This document shows, one piece after another, positions 38,651-50,316 of a DNA stretch of 64,000 nucleotides (positions are counted from its first letter, which is position 1; every line of letters begins with the position of its first letter). The notes under the pieces were generated by a model. The model had not been told where the DNA came from and did no database searches. It saw only the letters and a program-made list of their open reading frames with translations. Location: NCBI RefSeq assembly GCF_000143415.4, contig NW_003314275.1, positions 2,337,419 through 2,401,418 on the forward strand, written 5' to 3'. The stretch comes from Selaginella moellendorffii (Eukaryota > Plantae > Lycopodiophyta). The translations under genes were made by a program, and so were the position numbers.

Positions 38651-40925
38651 ACTCCACCACCCATAGAAGAAGTTCGATGCCCACATTGAACATTTTTTTT
38701 TATCCTACAACTTGTTGACCATGTCTCCGGGGGCATCCCCCCACTTAGCAGTGTGCCTAAGTTAGCCTCCCCAACCAAGAGCCCATGACAACGGAATATA
38801 GGTGTCCCTATACCCCTCACCCCACCACGCCCTAGTATGGGGTTGGGACTTGAACCCAACCTTGCTTTACTAGGGGTTTGGGACTTGAACCCAACCTCCG
38901 TAGAATACATTTATGGATTCGACATCCCCATGAGGAGTCGGGTGTAGTTCTCTACGCCTGGTTGACCTAGCTAACCCATACTAATTAGCTTACCTTTGGC
39001 ACACCTTCGAGTCCCAACATATGCCATTGCTCAACTTCACAAATTGATACTTTAATTGAACTTTGCATAAGTACATAGAGTTCTGCCTTGCAGAAATTCC
39101 TCCACTAGATCTCGCGCGTTCGTTAGATTCTCCTCCGGTTCCCATGTTGCTTTGCAGTGTGGAAATCCTTTCCACTTCACATGGAACTCTCTCACATCGC
39201 GTCCTTGTCGCTTGCTTTTGCGCGCATTAAGGATGGCCTCGACTTCGTATTCCTCTTCCCCTTGGATAACCTCAGGTAAAGGTCTTATTTGGTCCTTGTG
39301 AAGCAGATCCTCAAAGTATAGCTTGAGTAAGTTCACGTGGAACACTGGGTGCATCTTCCCCATCTCTCGAGGAAGTCGGAGATGGTAAGCCACTTTACCG
39401 ATTCGTGCCTCAATCTTATAAAGCCCCGCGAACTTGCTTAAGGAACTCAAGATCAATTCATTTACAGGAATATATGCATTTTTACCTTTGGGTCAACTTT
39501 CAGCTAATCCCACTTGGTAGCCTGAGATTCTTGGTGTTCAGCCACACCTTCTCCCCAGCTTGGAACTCTACATCCCGGAGCTTTTGGTTCACGTACTTTG
39601 TTGAGCTCGTTCCAAAGAATCCCTTACTAGATTCCAAATGTTGAGTCTTTTCGCCGTGAATGCCTCCATTGCGGGTAACTCTCCATGATACTTGGCCATG
39701 TCGAGCTCCACAGGACCTTCAATAGCTTACCCATTAATGACTTCCCATGGACTCACCCTGATACTCGAATGTAGTGAGTTGTTATAACACATTTCCGCAA
39801 GTCCTAAATGACTTACCCAATCGGTCTGGTCTCCTGAGACATAACATCGCAAATAATCCTCCAGTTGCCTATTCACTCTTTCCGTTTGTCCGTCTGTCAA
39901 GAAGTGTTAGTGCCACCAAACTTGACTTAATACCCAATACCTATCTGTGGGTGATAGGCTGTGTTGAATTTCAACTTGGTGCGATACTGTTCTAAGAGAG
40001 TTCTCCAGAACCTACTCGTGAAGATCTTATCTCGATCTGAGATAATCTCTTCTGGCCTTCCCCGCACTCGAACCACTTGTTCAAAGAATAGCTTTGCCAC
40101 ACCTTTCGCATCCACTTCCGTTGTGGTGGGTATGAAATGTGCCATCTTTGAAAATCGGTCCACCACCACGAATATCGCATCGAACCCCTCGCTTGGGGGG
40201 AGTCCCATGATGAAGTCCATCGTAAAACATTTCCACGGACAATCTGGAATTGGGATGCTTTGTAACAAGCCCCCACTAGCCTTAGTCATGGCTTTGACCT
40301 GCTGATATGTTGGACATGTCTTTACATAGTCTTGGACGTCCTTAGCCATATCTGGCTAGTGATACTTCCTTTTGAGTAAGCCTATCGTCTTGGGCACTCT
40401 GCCGTGTCCCACAAAAGGTTCGTTCTGACACTCTTCTAAGGCTACCTTCCTTAGTTCCCCTTCTGGATCATACACCCTCGTTTAAGCTCTATTTCGTTAA
40501 AGTGGGAATTGTCATTATCCCACTTGTAAAATAAGGTTTCAAAACCTTTATATAGTATATAAATATAACAAAATTCAACTGCATTGAGGCACATGCCATT
40601 TTATTTTAAACAAAGAAATGTCTACTCAATCACTTCTCCTCCCCTTGCCACTGCTTCACCTCTCTCTTCTCCTTGTCATCGTCGTCCAATTTCTTTCCAT
40701 CCTTTTAATATTGGCTCAGTTGCTCCGAGTCTAGGTGGAGCCCAAGTCCCCATTCAATCTTTACTTTCCCCTTATTAATAAAACAACTTCGTAGACTTCC
40801 AATAACATGCTGTAACACTTCTAGTATAATGCAAATCCTCTCAAAGAATTGTCTTTTAATATTAATACAATGGCATGGAACCCCATGCCATAATAAGTTA
40901 CATTTTTAAATAAATACATGTCATC

Positions 40926-41790
40926 TCAGACTGTTATTTTTTGCCTCCAACGCCTATACAATAATCTTGGAATTTCATCACTCTCCACACTATCAGGATT
41001 TAAACCCAATAGTAATGCCATCTCTTCTCTAATACGTCCACGCTCATGTTCAGTGGTTGAAGAACCCATCCGGTTGAGCAGATTATGGAGATGCGGATAG
41101 TGCTTGGCTAGACAATATACATGCCATAAATGATGACTGGTGTCTGTCCGATCAAATGGCTTCTGATATACCGTTCCATCTGCCATTTGGTTGATTTCTG
41201 CAGCCACCTCCTGGACTGGCCGGTTCTCTATCACCATCGCTCCAAGCCGTTTTGCAAGGTCCCCCAGAACATACGGTTTCTTCTCCCTAGTTTCCATACT
41301 GCAAGAGATGGGGTGCACTGCATATGTGTGCGTGTTCGCTGCAGTTTTAATCGGCGAGTCATCGATGATGAGGATTTCACTTGACCTAGCAGTCCGGTTC
41401 ATCACTACAGCCTCTGGCTTGACGAAGATGGGCTTGCTACCCCTCACATGGACCATAGTCAAGCAATCCTTCTGCGTTAGGAGAAAGTCAAATGGTAATA
41501 TTACTCGCGTCTGATCGTGCATCATCTATAACAACGTTAATGCATTGTGGCGCATCATGGATGTCCAAACTCCCAATTGCAAATTGAACCCGGCCCTCTG
41601 TTTTAAGTGTCGCATGGTCATTATTAGATCCCGCAGTTTCTCCCGTGTGATTAATGTGAATCTGTCTCTTTTGACCAACTTGCGACCGCAGGCTTTGGAG
41701 GGTGCAGTGACATTCGAGGACGAGCCACGCTCATAGGAGAAAAGGACACCGTTCAGATCAAAAATGATATAGTACCTTCGTCGTGACTCT
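40926..41790 (-). CDS. FCP1/NIF-like HAD phosphatase domain (probable last exon of the cargo gene), with an in-frame TAG at 41526-41528
   Basis: HAD motif I-like IIFDLNGVL, motif II-like GVWTSM, TQKDC, and motif IV ILIIDDSPIK. Acceptor tttcatttcag at ~41790. Confidence 0.75.
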
Positions 41791-41869
41791 GAAATGAAAT
41801 GCGTCAATATAAAAAATGGTACAAGTCAATTTTACCATCTACAATATTAGCGAATGGTGCTCCCGATGG

Positions 41870-44400
41870 TCGTTGAGAGGGTTTTGGTCGAGGAAACGTG
41901 AAGGGCGGAAATACTCTCCTCTACAATGTGGGGTCAATCGCATCCGATGGCGTGTGGGCACATGCCATTTCAGCTGTAGACTCTGGTACAACTGGCTCAA
42001 CAGTGGCATGGGGTGGTTCTGATGGCGTGTGATCACACGCCATTTCAGCTGGTGCCTCCGTTGACAAAGTGGACATGACCGAATAGGCAATAGGGGTAGT
42101 GTAGGGAGGTTCCAACGGCGCATAGTCAAACGATTGGGCACACATTGAGTCCGTTGGAAATGAGGATACGACCGGCTCGGCGGCTGGGGCGGCCTCATGC
42201 GGGTCCAATGGCACCTTGTCACCATCAGTTGGATACATGGACAAGATTGACTCAGTGGTATGGGCAGCATCAAGTGGAGCGTGGTCAGCTTGCTTGGCGT
42301 TGATATGGATAGTAGCCTCCACCAGCTCTGATGACTCTTGCAGGCAAGTAGAGTCCACTGGCGGATCCATATGCATGTCCAAATATCTCCCTTCGATTGA
42401 GATGGTATCCTCCCGTGCTACTAAAAACAAACTCATTAGCACATTGAATCGACTATACTGTATTTACCATCAACTGCTATTGAGGAACTAGGACCAATAT
42501 CACTTGGGCGCACTGCTGATTCTAAAGGATTGGACATATGTTTCGACCCTTGCTTGGCACTATCCTTCCTCGACACTAAAGGCTAGAGTTTGTATCTTAA
42601 TTCAACTGAATAATCTCTACTTACCATTTGCTCTGCGACCTACATGGACAATGTTAGAAATGGTAAAAGGTTAGGAATGGATGTACTATTATTTACCTGA
42701 TGGTTTGTCTTGTATGACCTTCCTCCGCTGCTCTTTGGCCACCTCAGGCTGGCCATCGTTGTCATCATCGTCATCGTCATTATTGTGATCGTCACCATTG
42801 TGAGGACCATCCAAGTCCTCTTCGTCCTCCTCTTCATCCTTCTGTTCTTCCTGCTCATTATCTTTCTTTGGCTCCTCATCCCCCTCCTGCATTTCTTCCA
42901 TAGGCTGCTCAGGCTGGATGGCTTGTTCTTCCAGGACCATCTTGGGAAAATCATCTGGCCAAGTCTCCATCTCAAAATACAAGACATCCATAGCCTGTTT
43001 TAGTGCGTGACCTAGGACCGTATCCTCACCCGACTGTCTTAACATGGTTTCTGCACGTTCTTGCACCCTTCGAAGACGACGAGGTGAGAAAAACGTGGCC
43101 CTGACTTGAAAAGCATCCCTCATCCATTGTACCTCTCCATTGAGATTAGGGAAGGGGAGTCCGCCATAGGAATCTGAGTCAGGAGGTGGTGACTGGCTGC
43201 TTTCACTCAGCCCTTGATTTGCAATGAATGGCATGAGCACACACGCCATAACCGCGAGGCATTACCTATCATCTTTTCGTTGCCCTTCTTCCTTTTCGAA
43301 TCAAACGCCTCTAATCCCGACGACTGTTCAACGTGCTTTCGCTTTTTATGACCACTGTCAGTTTGAGCTTGATCTGCAAGAAAAATGGCATGAGGACCCA
43401 CGCAATAACCATGACGCTTTACTTCCCGTCCTTGGAGGCTCTGTCGTGCCTTCCGCATCCTCAGGTGCCTGCTCCTCAATTCCCTTTCTCTTTCGTTTCT
43501 TATGCGCCCGTTCTACAGAAATAGCATGAGGACATACGCGATAATCACACAAATGCTTTTACCCTTCCTCCTCTACCCTAGTCGGTTGTCCATCTCTTTG
43601 TCTACAGCGTCTGAAAGCTATTTTGCAGGTAGCCTAATTCGAGGTTCACGACGTCTCCTTGGCACTTGAACTGTATATTATTGCATCAACACATGCAACA
43701 TCCCATAATATTTTTAAGTTACCTTTCATAAAGTTTTCCATTGGTTCAACTCGTTCCCCTGAAATACAAACTTAGATAAGTGCATGGGGCCATATGTCAT
43801 GATCGTACCTGTTTCGGAACTCTCCTTATCACTCTCCGAGGCCTCCCCCTCCTCCACTGGAGGCACGTTGTTCCGTTCGATTTCCTCGACGCGATCTGCA
43901 AGAACATTAGTTAATTGCGTGGGGCCACACGCCATCAAACCTTCAGGTTCTTGTCGTGAGGTCTGCGCTGCTTGCCCTAGTCTCTTTGGAATTTGAGCTG
44001 CAAGAAGCAATGGCATGAGAATTCACGTATAACAAAAATGATTGGTACCTCTCGTCCGTTGTACTTGGCTAGTGCTTGCCTGTTTTGCCTTTAAAGAAGT
44101 GTCTCCTGCAAGGAATGGCATGAGACCACACGCCATTGCAAATATAATTTGTACCTCCTTTTTTCTTATTGCTTGTCTGTTTGTCCTTCTTCGACGCGCC
44201 ACCAGTGCGCTTTTCAGTCCTCGTGTTTGAATATTCATAACGATCTATAATCAAAATGGCGTGAGGCCTCACGTGACCTTACCTTGTGCAGGTTGTGAGC
44301 TCGGCCCAACATGGGTATCTTCAACAGTAGCTGTTAACGCCGTTTCAGCATCTGGGGGTGACCACGCTCCTGCATACAGAGCTTGTGAGAAACATTTAAA
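41870..44400 (-). CDS. Short exons encoding a low-complexity acidic/Pro-rich linker of the cargo gene
   Basis: A chain of ~50-nt GT-AG introns (e.g. 43374-43422, 43513-43562, 43998-44048, 44106-44154) separates the exons. There is an E/D-rich ORF at 42689-43249 and a P/A/E-rich ORF at 41921-42442. The exact splicing is not resolved. Confidence 0.55.
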
Positions 44401-44401
44401 C

Positions 44402-46935
44402 TTAAAGTGCGTACTCACCAGGTTCGCAGAGAAGATACTGTTTTTCTTTGGCAATTGTAATTATATGCTCCATTGAAGTCACCTCTTCAATGGAGTTTGT
44501 CACCGCAACACACGGGACACCCTTGAGTAGTGCGGCTTGAAAGAATAGTCCGCCGCAGTTGTACTCGACAACGCATTTGCCCTTGGAGTCGGAAGCAGGT
44601 GACCCACCCGCTATTGCATTGAAGACCCAGCTGAGCATTTCCCATGCTGCACCTGGAGCTTTCTCTGGATTCGAAAGCTCCATAGCCGTCTTCAGTTCCT
44701 CAGGCACGGGTAAATTGACCTCCCTCAGATCAATTCGATCGGCCTTGTCGAATGAAGCTGGGAAGTCACTCCAGTCCCACTCTGCTGCAGGACCAATAAC
44801 AAGGGCAAGTGTGAAGATGCGGACATTCGTCAGTATCTTCTTCTTAGCCATTATCCCATGGATCTCCCGCATCTCCTTGCCTTTCAACCGAGCCTTCACC
44901 TCGTTCAAGGCCTTCCAGAACTTGTGATAGGATTCGGAGTCGTAGATCATATAGTAAACTGAAGATTCCACCTCCGCAAGTCCCACCATTAAGTCAATGA
45001 TGGAGCTGACTTCGTCTGCATGAGTGATCTCCTTGTTTGTGAAGTCCATCACACAAAAGATGTTCTTGACCTGCTCATCTCTGCGGGAAACGATGCTCCT
45101 CCACCTTTGATCCTCATCCGAATTCACGTATACCCGGTAAGGTTCTCGATAGGCCTCTGCTATGGGGTCGAGCTGTTTCTGAAGCCGGCGGTCAACATCC
45201 CTCTTAATGAAATTTGGATACTGATCCAACTTCTCAGCTTTACTTTTTGTGGCATCCCGCAGCAGATCGATGAACTTGGGGGCCCCCTTCATGTACTCGT
45301 CGATGTCTTCATTTGACAACTCCAGCTCTTCCATCATCTCTTGCGTGGTGTCGATGCTCACCCTCTCCACGGCCACTTGCTCGAAGATCCAATCCTTCAA
45401 TAGCGCACGAGCTCTCAGAGTCGTGCACAAGTCCTCGTATGTCACAATATGGCCGGGAGTCATTTTGGTCTTGTTGAAGACTACCTCACCACGTAGAAGA
45501 GCATTAGCCATTGTCAGAAGGTCATTGTCGTCTAGAGACCGCGAGAAACGCAAGGCGTTGAGCTTCAAATCATTGGGCTTCCGGCCGTCCTCCACACCCA
45601 TTGAGTTTAGCAACTCCCCGTCATGGTACCTCCTCAGCACATCTACCCATTTGTCAAAAACAACTTTTGTCGCGAGTAGAATGTTATGGATGCTGAGTGT
45701 GTCATTGACCCCTAGTGTTTTCGAGAGAAGACTCGAGAATTCCTGCAATGGAAATGGCGTGAGGCCACATGCTATGCCACATGCAACGAGGCTTACCTGC
45801 CAGGCGCTAGTTGCTAGTGCACGTCCTTGTCCTAGTTTTTGTGGATTCTTCAGTTGAACCCAGAGCTTCCGTGTTCGTGCCAATGTCTCGTGCAGACCCG
45901 ATTTGTAGCACGTTTCTTGCTTGACATTCTGCGCGTGGGAGATGTATATGATAGATTGGAGGGGCGAGTTGCCTTTTATCAGGCGGACAACTCTTGTCTT
46001 GAAGACTTTCTTCACCTCCTCGCCCACCATAATATCCACATCTCTTGCATCGCCAAGCTAGAATGCTGCCCGGAGACGCCATAGAACCGGATGTTCTGAT
46101 CGTCCAACACCTTCCTATTGATCAAGTTTGGAAACCTCGTCTCGCCCTTCATTGTTCGGTAGTAGGGGATCACGTCTGCGATGTCGGGTGTTACTGGACT
46201 TGTCAGCATCTTCTGCTTCAGTTTCTCCACCCACTCATCAGATACTAGCCTGTGGTTGTATTTGCTTTGGATGTCAATGTGGCTCACGTCGATTGTATAT
46301 ACTTTGTTGGAATAGTAACAAGTACTATTATCTGCGACGATTTTTGCTGCCTCTTCTTGCTCTTTCTGCTCTTTGCGGCTCTTCTTTTTGGTGGGTGTAG
46401 TGTTCGAACCCGAGGCAATGGCATCACCGAGTAGCTTCTTTTTTGGAGCAGGAGAGTCGGACGTCAGCTTGAGCTTGACCACCCTTTTCTGCTTCGGGGT
46501 AGTTTCCAGATCGACCCCCTTCCCTTTCGCTTCGCGAACTGGAGTCACTCTCAACGGCTCAATGTTGGAATATAGTTTTTGAACATTGCCGTAGGTGAGG
46601 TCCGTGGATTCCATATGATCTTCATAGACCCGCAGCATCTTTGAAATTGTGGGCCTCCTGGACAACCTCTCCCTAGCTCCCTCTAGGAATTCCTCATAGC
46701 CGCTGCCCCCCTCCGGGAAGCCGCTAGGATGTGCAAGGTGGATCTTGAAGGCGGACGCTGTCTCTACCACAAGTGCCAGTCCATATTCTTGCATGGAATT
46801 GCATGGAGTGTCTGTCATTTGGATGAGGATCCCCATGCATTCTTTTCTCCCACCATCTGTGTTGTACAGCCTTAGATCCTCGCCTTCCATCCCGAAAGTC
46901 CAACTGGTGAGCTCCTCCCCCTTCTCTGCATCCAC
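44402..46935 (-). CDS. Cargo protein core: ParB/Srx-like domain, helical region and degenerate amino-methyltransferase-like region; frameshift near 46040; in-frame 54-nt intron 45743-45796
   Basis: Overlapping ORFs 46012..46935 and 44402..46039. ParB-like pattern IDVSHIDI..NHRLVSDEWVEKLKQKM...FYGVSGQHSSLAM. C-terminal PEK...GKCVVEYNCGGLFFQAALLKGVPCVAV resembles the motif X/I region of beta-class N4/N6 methyltransferases. Confidence 0.6.
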
Positions 46936-47874
46936 ATTGACAGTGGCTGGAAGAAGAATGCAATTCCTCGCCTATTCAGAAATGCACAACAATTAGAGCT
47001 GACAGATGAAAAGCTAGCAGCTGGAAATAACGTGAGGCCACACGCCATTCACCACTGCATCAGATGTCTTGAGGCTGCATCCTAAGATGGCGTGAGGCTA
47101 CACGCCATCTGTAACTAGACTGCACTCGAGAGCCCAATCGGTGCATGCCAATGTTGCTACTAAATGGCATGTGGCCTCATGCCATTTTCTACTTGGCCTA
47201 AAAGACTTACCATTTGAAGCCGAATGGAGGCGTGACAATCAAGGCCGGACTTGCTGGCGAATGTGCACTGTGTGTGCAGCGGATCGTAGCAGCAAGGCTA
47301 CTCTGCCACTTACAGTTGGAGAGTGGCGCTGAAATCTCCCGGGACGCCAAGTGGGCTGCGTGTGGGTGGCGGAGTGGGCGGCGGAGTTGGCGGCAAAGTT
47401 ACAAATTGGGTGTGTCTTGAAGTGGACGCCGATGCACACGAGCGCGATGCGAGCGCGAGTGTGATGCAAGCGCGAGTGGATGCCGATGCACACGAGAAAC
47501 CTGTAGAGAAGGTAGATGAGCGCGAATGTGAGCGTGATCGCGAGTGGGAGCGCGATGCGAGCGTGAGTACGAAGCAAAATGCAAAACCTAACCTCACACG
47601 CGCGAAATGTCACGACGGTTGGTAATCCCGCAACGTCATCATTCCTCGGACTTGGGCGCCACCATTAATTTTTGGATCGCCGCGCGCATGCATGCACATG
47701 AAATCCAAAAGAAATCCGCAACATCATCATTCCTCGGACTGCATGCACGCGAAATCCAAAAGAAAGATCATGATTGGGATATCATTTAATACCCTCGCTA
47801 TATTTATACCATGCATGATTGGATATTCCAAAGCATCTTATATTTCCAAAAATGCCAGACGTTCAGCTAAATAA

Positions 47875-49808
47875 AGAATGGTATACAATGTCCTTCTTGA
47901 TGACCCTGCAAAGAAGCATCTCGATCGGACACCACATGAGACCACACAAGCCTTACAATATTTCAGGGGCATTTGCCATAGATCCGACCATTATTTTGCT
48001 CCAAGATTCTACTGTTTGGTGTGCATTGACCTTTCCATCGACACTGCAAAGGGACATCACAATCAGATGCGGGATCACAAGAAACCAACTTCACTAACTC
48101 TGGTTTCACCAAGATCTACGTAAGGAGTTATGAAATAAAAGGACCCTCTCTATTGAAATGTGTTTATGGTCCTAGGGGCATTGTGACATATCAAAGGATT
48201 TTGCATCAAGTTCTGTATTTGCATGTTTATCAAGCTACTGAATTGCTAAACCCTAAACCCTCCCTAAATATGTGGCAAATGCTGCGTGAAGAAAGATGCC
48301 CTTTCTGGGCAAATGCTGTAAGAGGCAGATGCCGAGCAGTTACACGGCGAATAATCTTGGCACGGATTGCTGACATGGCATGGCAAAGTTCGAATCACTG
48401 ACATGGCACAGCTGGATCGAGGCAAGGACATGATGTGACAAAGTTCAACGTCCGACAGCAAAGTCTAGAAGCTACTCAATTTGAAATTTGTCAAAGGAAT
48501 TATAAGATCTGGTTTATCAGAGGATTTGATGTGACGTTCAAGCGTGTGGGCTCATGCAATTTTGATCCCAAAAAATGCACCAAAAACTGCTCGGCGTCAT
48601 CTGGCGTTATCTCTTGAATGGCGTGGGGCCGCATGCTATTTTAAGGGGCACATAGGAGTATATTCCTAGAATATTCTGACACGCGCGAGATTTTTTTGAG
48701 TTTTCTGGAGATCCAACCGTTAGATCGCAACTAGATTTTACAGAATGGTATACAATGTCTTTCTTGATGACCCTGCAAAGAAGCATCTCGATCGGACACC
48801 ACATGAGACCACACGAGCTTTACAATGTTTCAGGGGAATTTGCCATAGATCCGACCGTTATTTTGCTCCAAGATTTTACAGTTTGGTGTGCATTAACCTT
48901 TCCATCGACACTGCAAAGGGACATCACAATCAGATGCGGGATCACAAGAAACTAACTTCACTAACTCTGGTTTCACCAAGATCTACGTAAGGAGTTATGA
49001 AATGAAAGGACCCTCTCTATTGAAATGTGTTTATGGTCCTAGGGGCATTGTGACATATCAAAGGATTTTGCATCAAGTTCTATATTTGCATGTTTATCAA
49101 GCTACTGAATTGCTGAACCCTAAACCCTAAACATGTGGCAAATGCTGCGTGAAGAAAGATGCCCTTTCTGGGCAAATGCTGTAAGAGGCAGATGCCGAGC
49201 AAATGTATCTCAGGCTAGCGAAGGGGACAAACGAAAGCTAGCTATAAACATGACGGGATGCAAATAGATTACTAGGCTGGTCCTGCGAAAATCAAAAACC
49301 ATAATTGAAAACATTGAAAATGCAAAAAGAAAGGTTTATAATATTTTTGAATTTTAAGCAACCAAAGGAATGTAAGTAGGGCATGTGTTTGTAAGTTTAA
49401 AAATGCCTCAACCACTTAACTTCCCAAGTAAATAAAGCTGTTTTTATTTTTGGTACAGGTAAACTTTATAGCGTGTGGGCTCATGCAATTTTGAACCCAA
49501 AAATGCACCAAAAAATGCTCGACTAGCATTATTCTTTGAATGGCATATGGCCTTATATTGCCATAAATGGACGTACACACACAGCATAATTATTCCTTTA
49601 CACGGCGAATAATCTTGGCGCGGATCGCTGACATGGCATGGCAAAGTTCGAATCACTGACATGGCACAACTGGATCGAGGCAAGGACATGATGTGACAAA
49701 GTTCAACGTCCGATAGCAAAGTCTAGAAGCTACTCAGTTTGAAATTTGTCAGAGGAATCATAAAATCTGGTTTGTTAGAGGATTTGATGTGACGTTCAAG
49801 CGTGTGTT
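47875..49808. repeat. Interleaved internal direct repeats: A 47875-48340 / 48742-49200 and B 48340-48580 / 49598-49808, with telo-box motifs
   Basis: Near-identical copies (duplicate ORFs MVYNV..DDPAKKHLDR and MLSDVELCHIMS). aaccctaaaccct occurs at ~48249 and ~49116. Confidence 0.9.
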
Positions 49809-50316
49809 ATTTTTGAATTCTCGAACTCATTCCTAGGTCTATCATTTTTGTGCGCCGTGTTCTTGGTTCCGCTGAGTGCAGTGAGCGCTGCTTGTGTAAG
49901 CGGCGTTGTGAGCTGTGGTTTATGCGTCTACGAGCGGTTGCAGCATTGCGAGCGCCATTGTGAGCGGTAGTTTATGCGAGTGGCAGTTTGTGCGAGCGGC
50001 GCTACGAGCAGTTGCGGTGGTGCGAGCGGCGCTACGGTACCACTAATGGTATGAGGGCTCATGCCATCTTAGGGCTTGCAAGTTCATCACTAGCATATTG
50101 CCAATAGTTTCTTTACCTGTCTGTAGCTGTGTGTTTATCAAGATGGCATGAGGGCTCATGCCAATTTTGTGAATGCGAAATTTCACGTGGGTGTCAATAG
50201 CATGTTTGAATAATGGCATGTGGCCTCATGCTATTGAGGTTGTTTGGTATGTTATGATTTAGGGCATTCTCCAATCATTTTTTGTATGGTCTTAACTTCT
50301 TTTCTGCACTTTCAGA

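Noticed and set aside
48245-48270. Telomeric array
   Set aside because: Only about two AAACCCT units are present, consistent with an interstitial telo-box.
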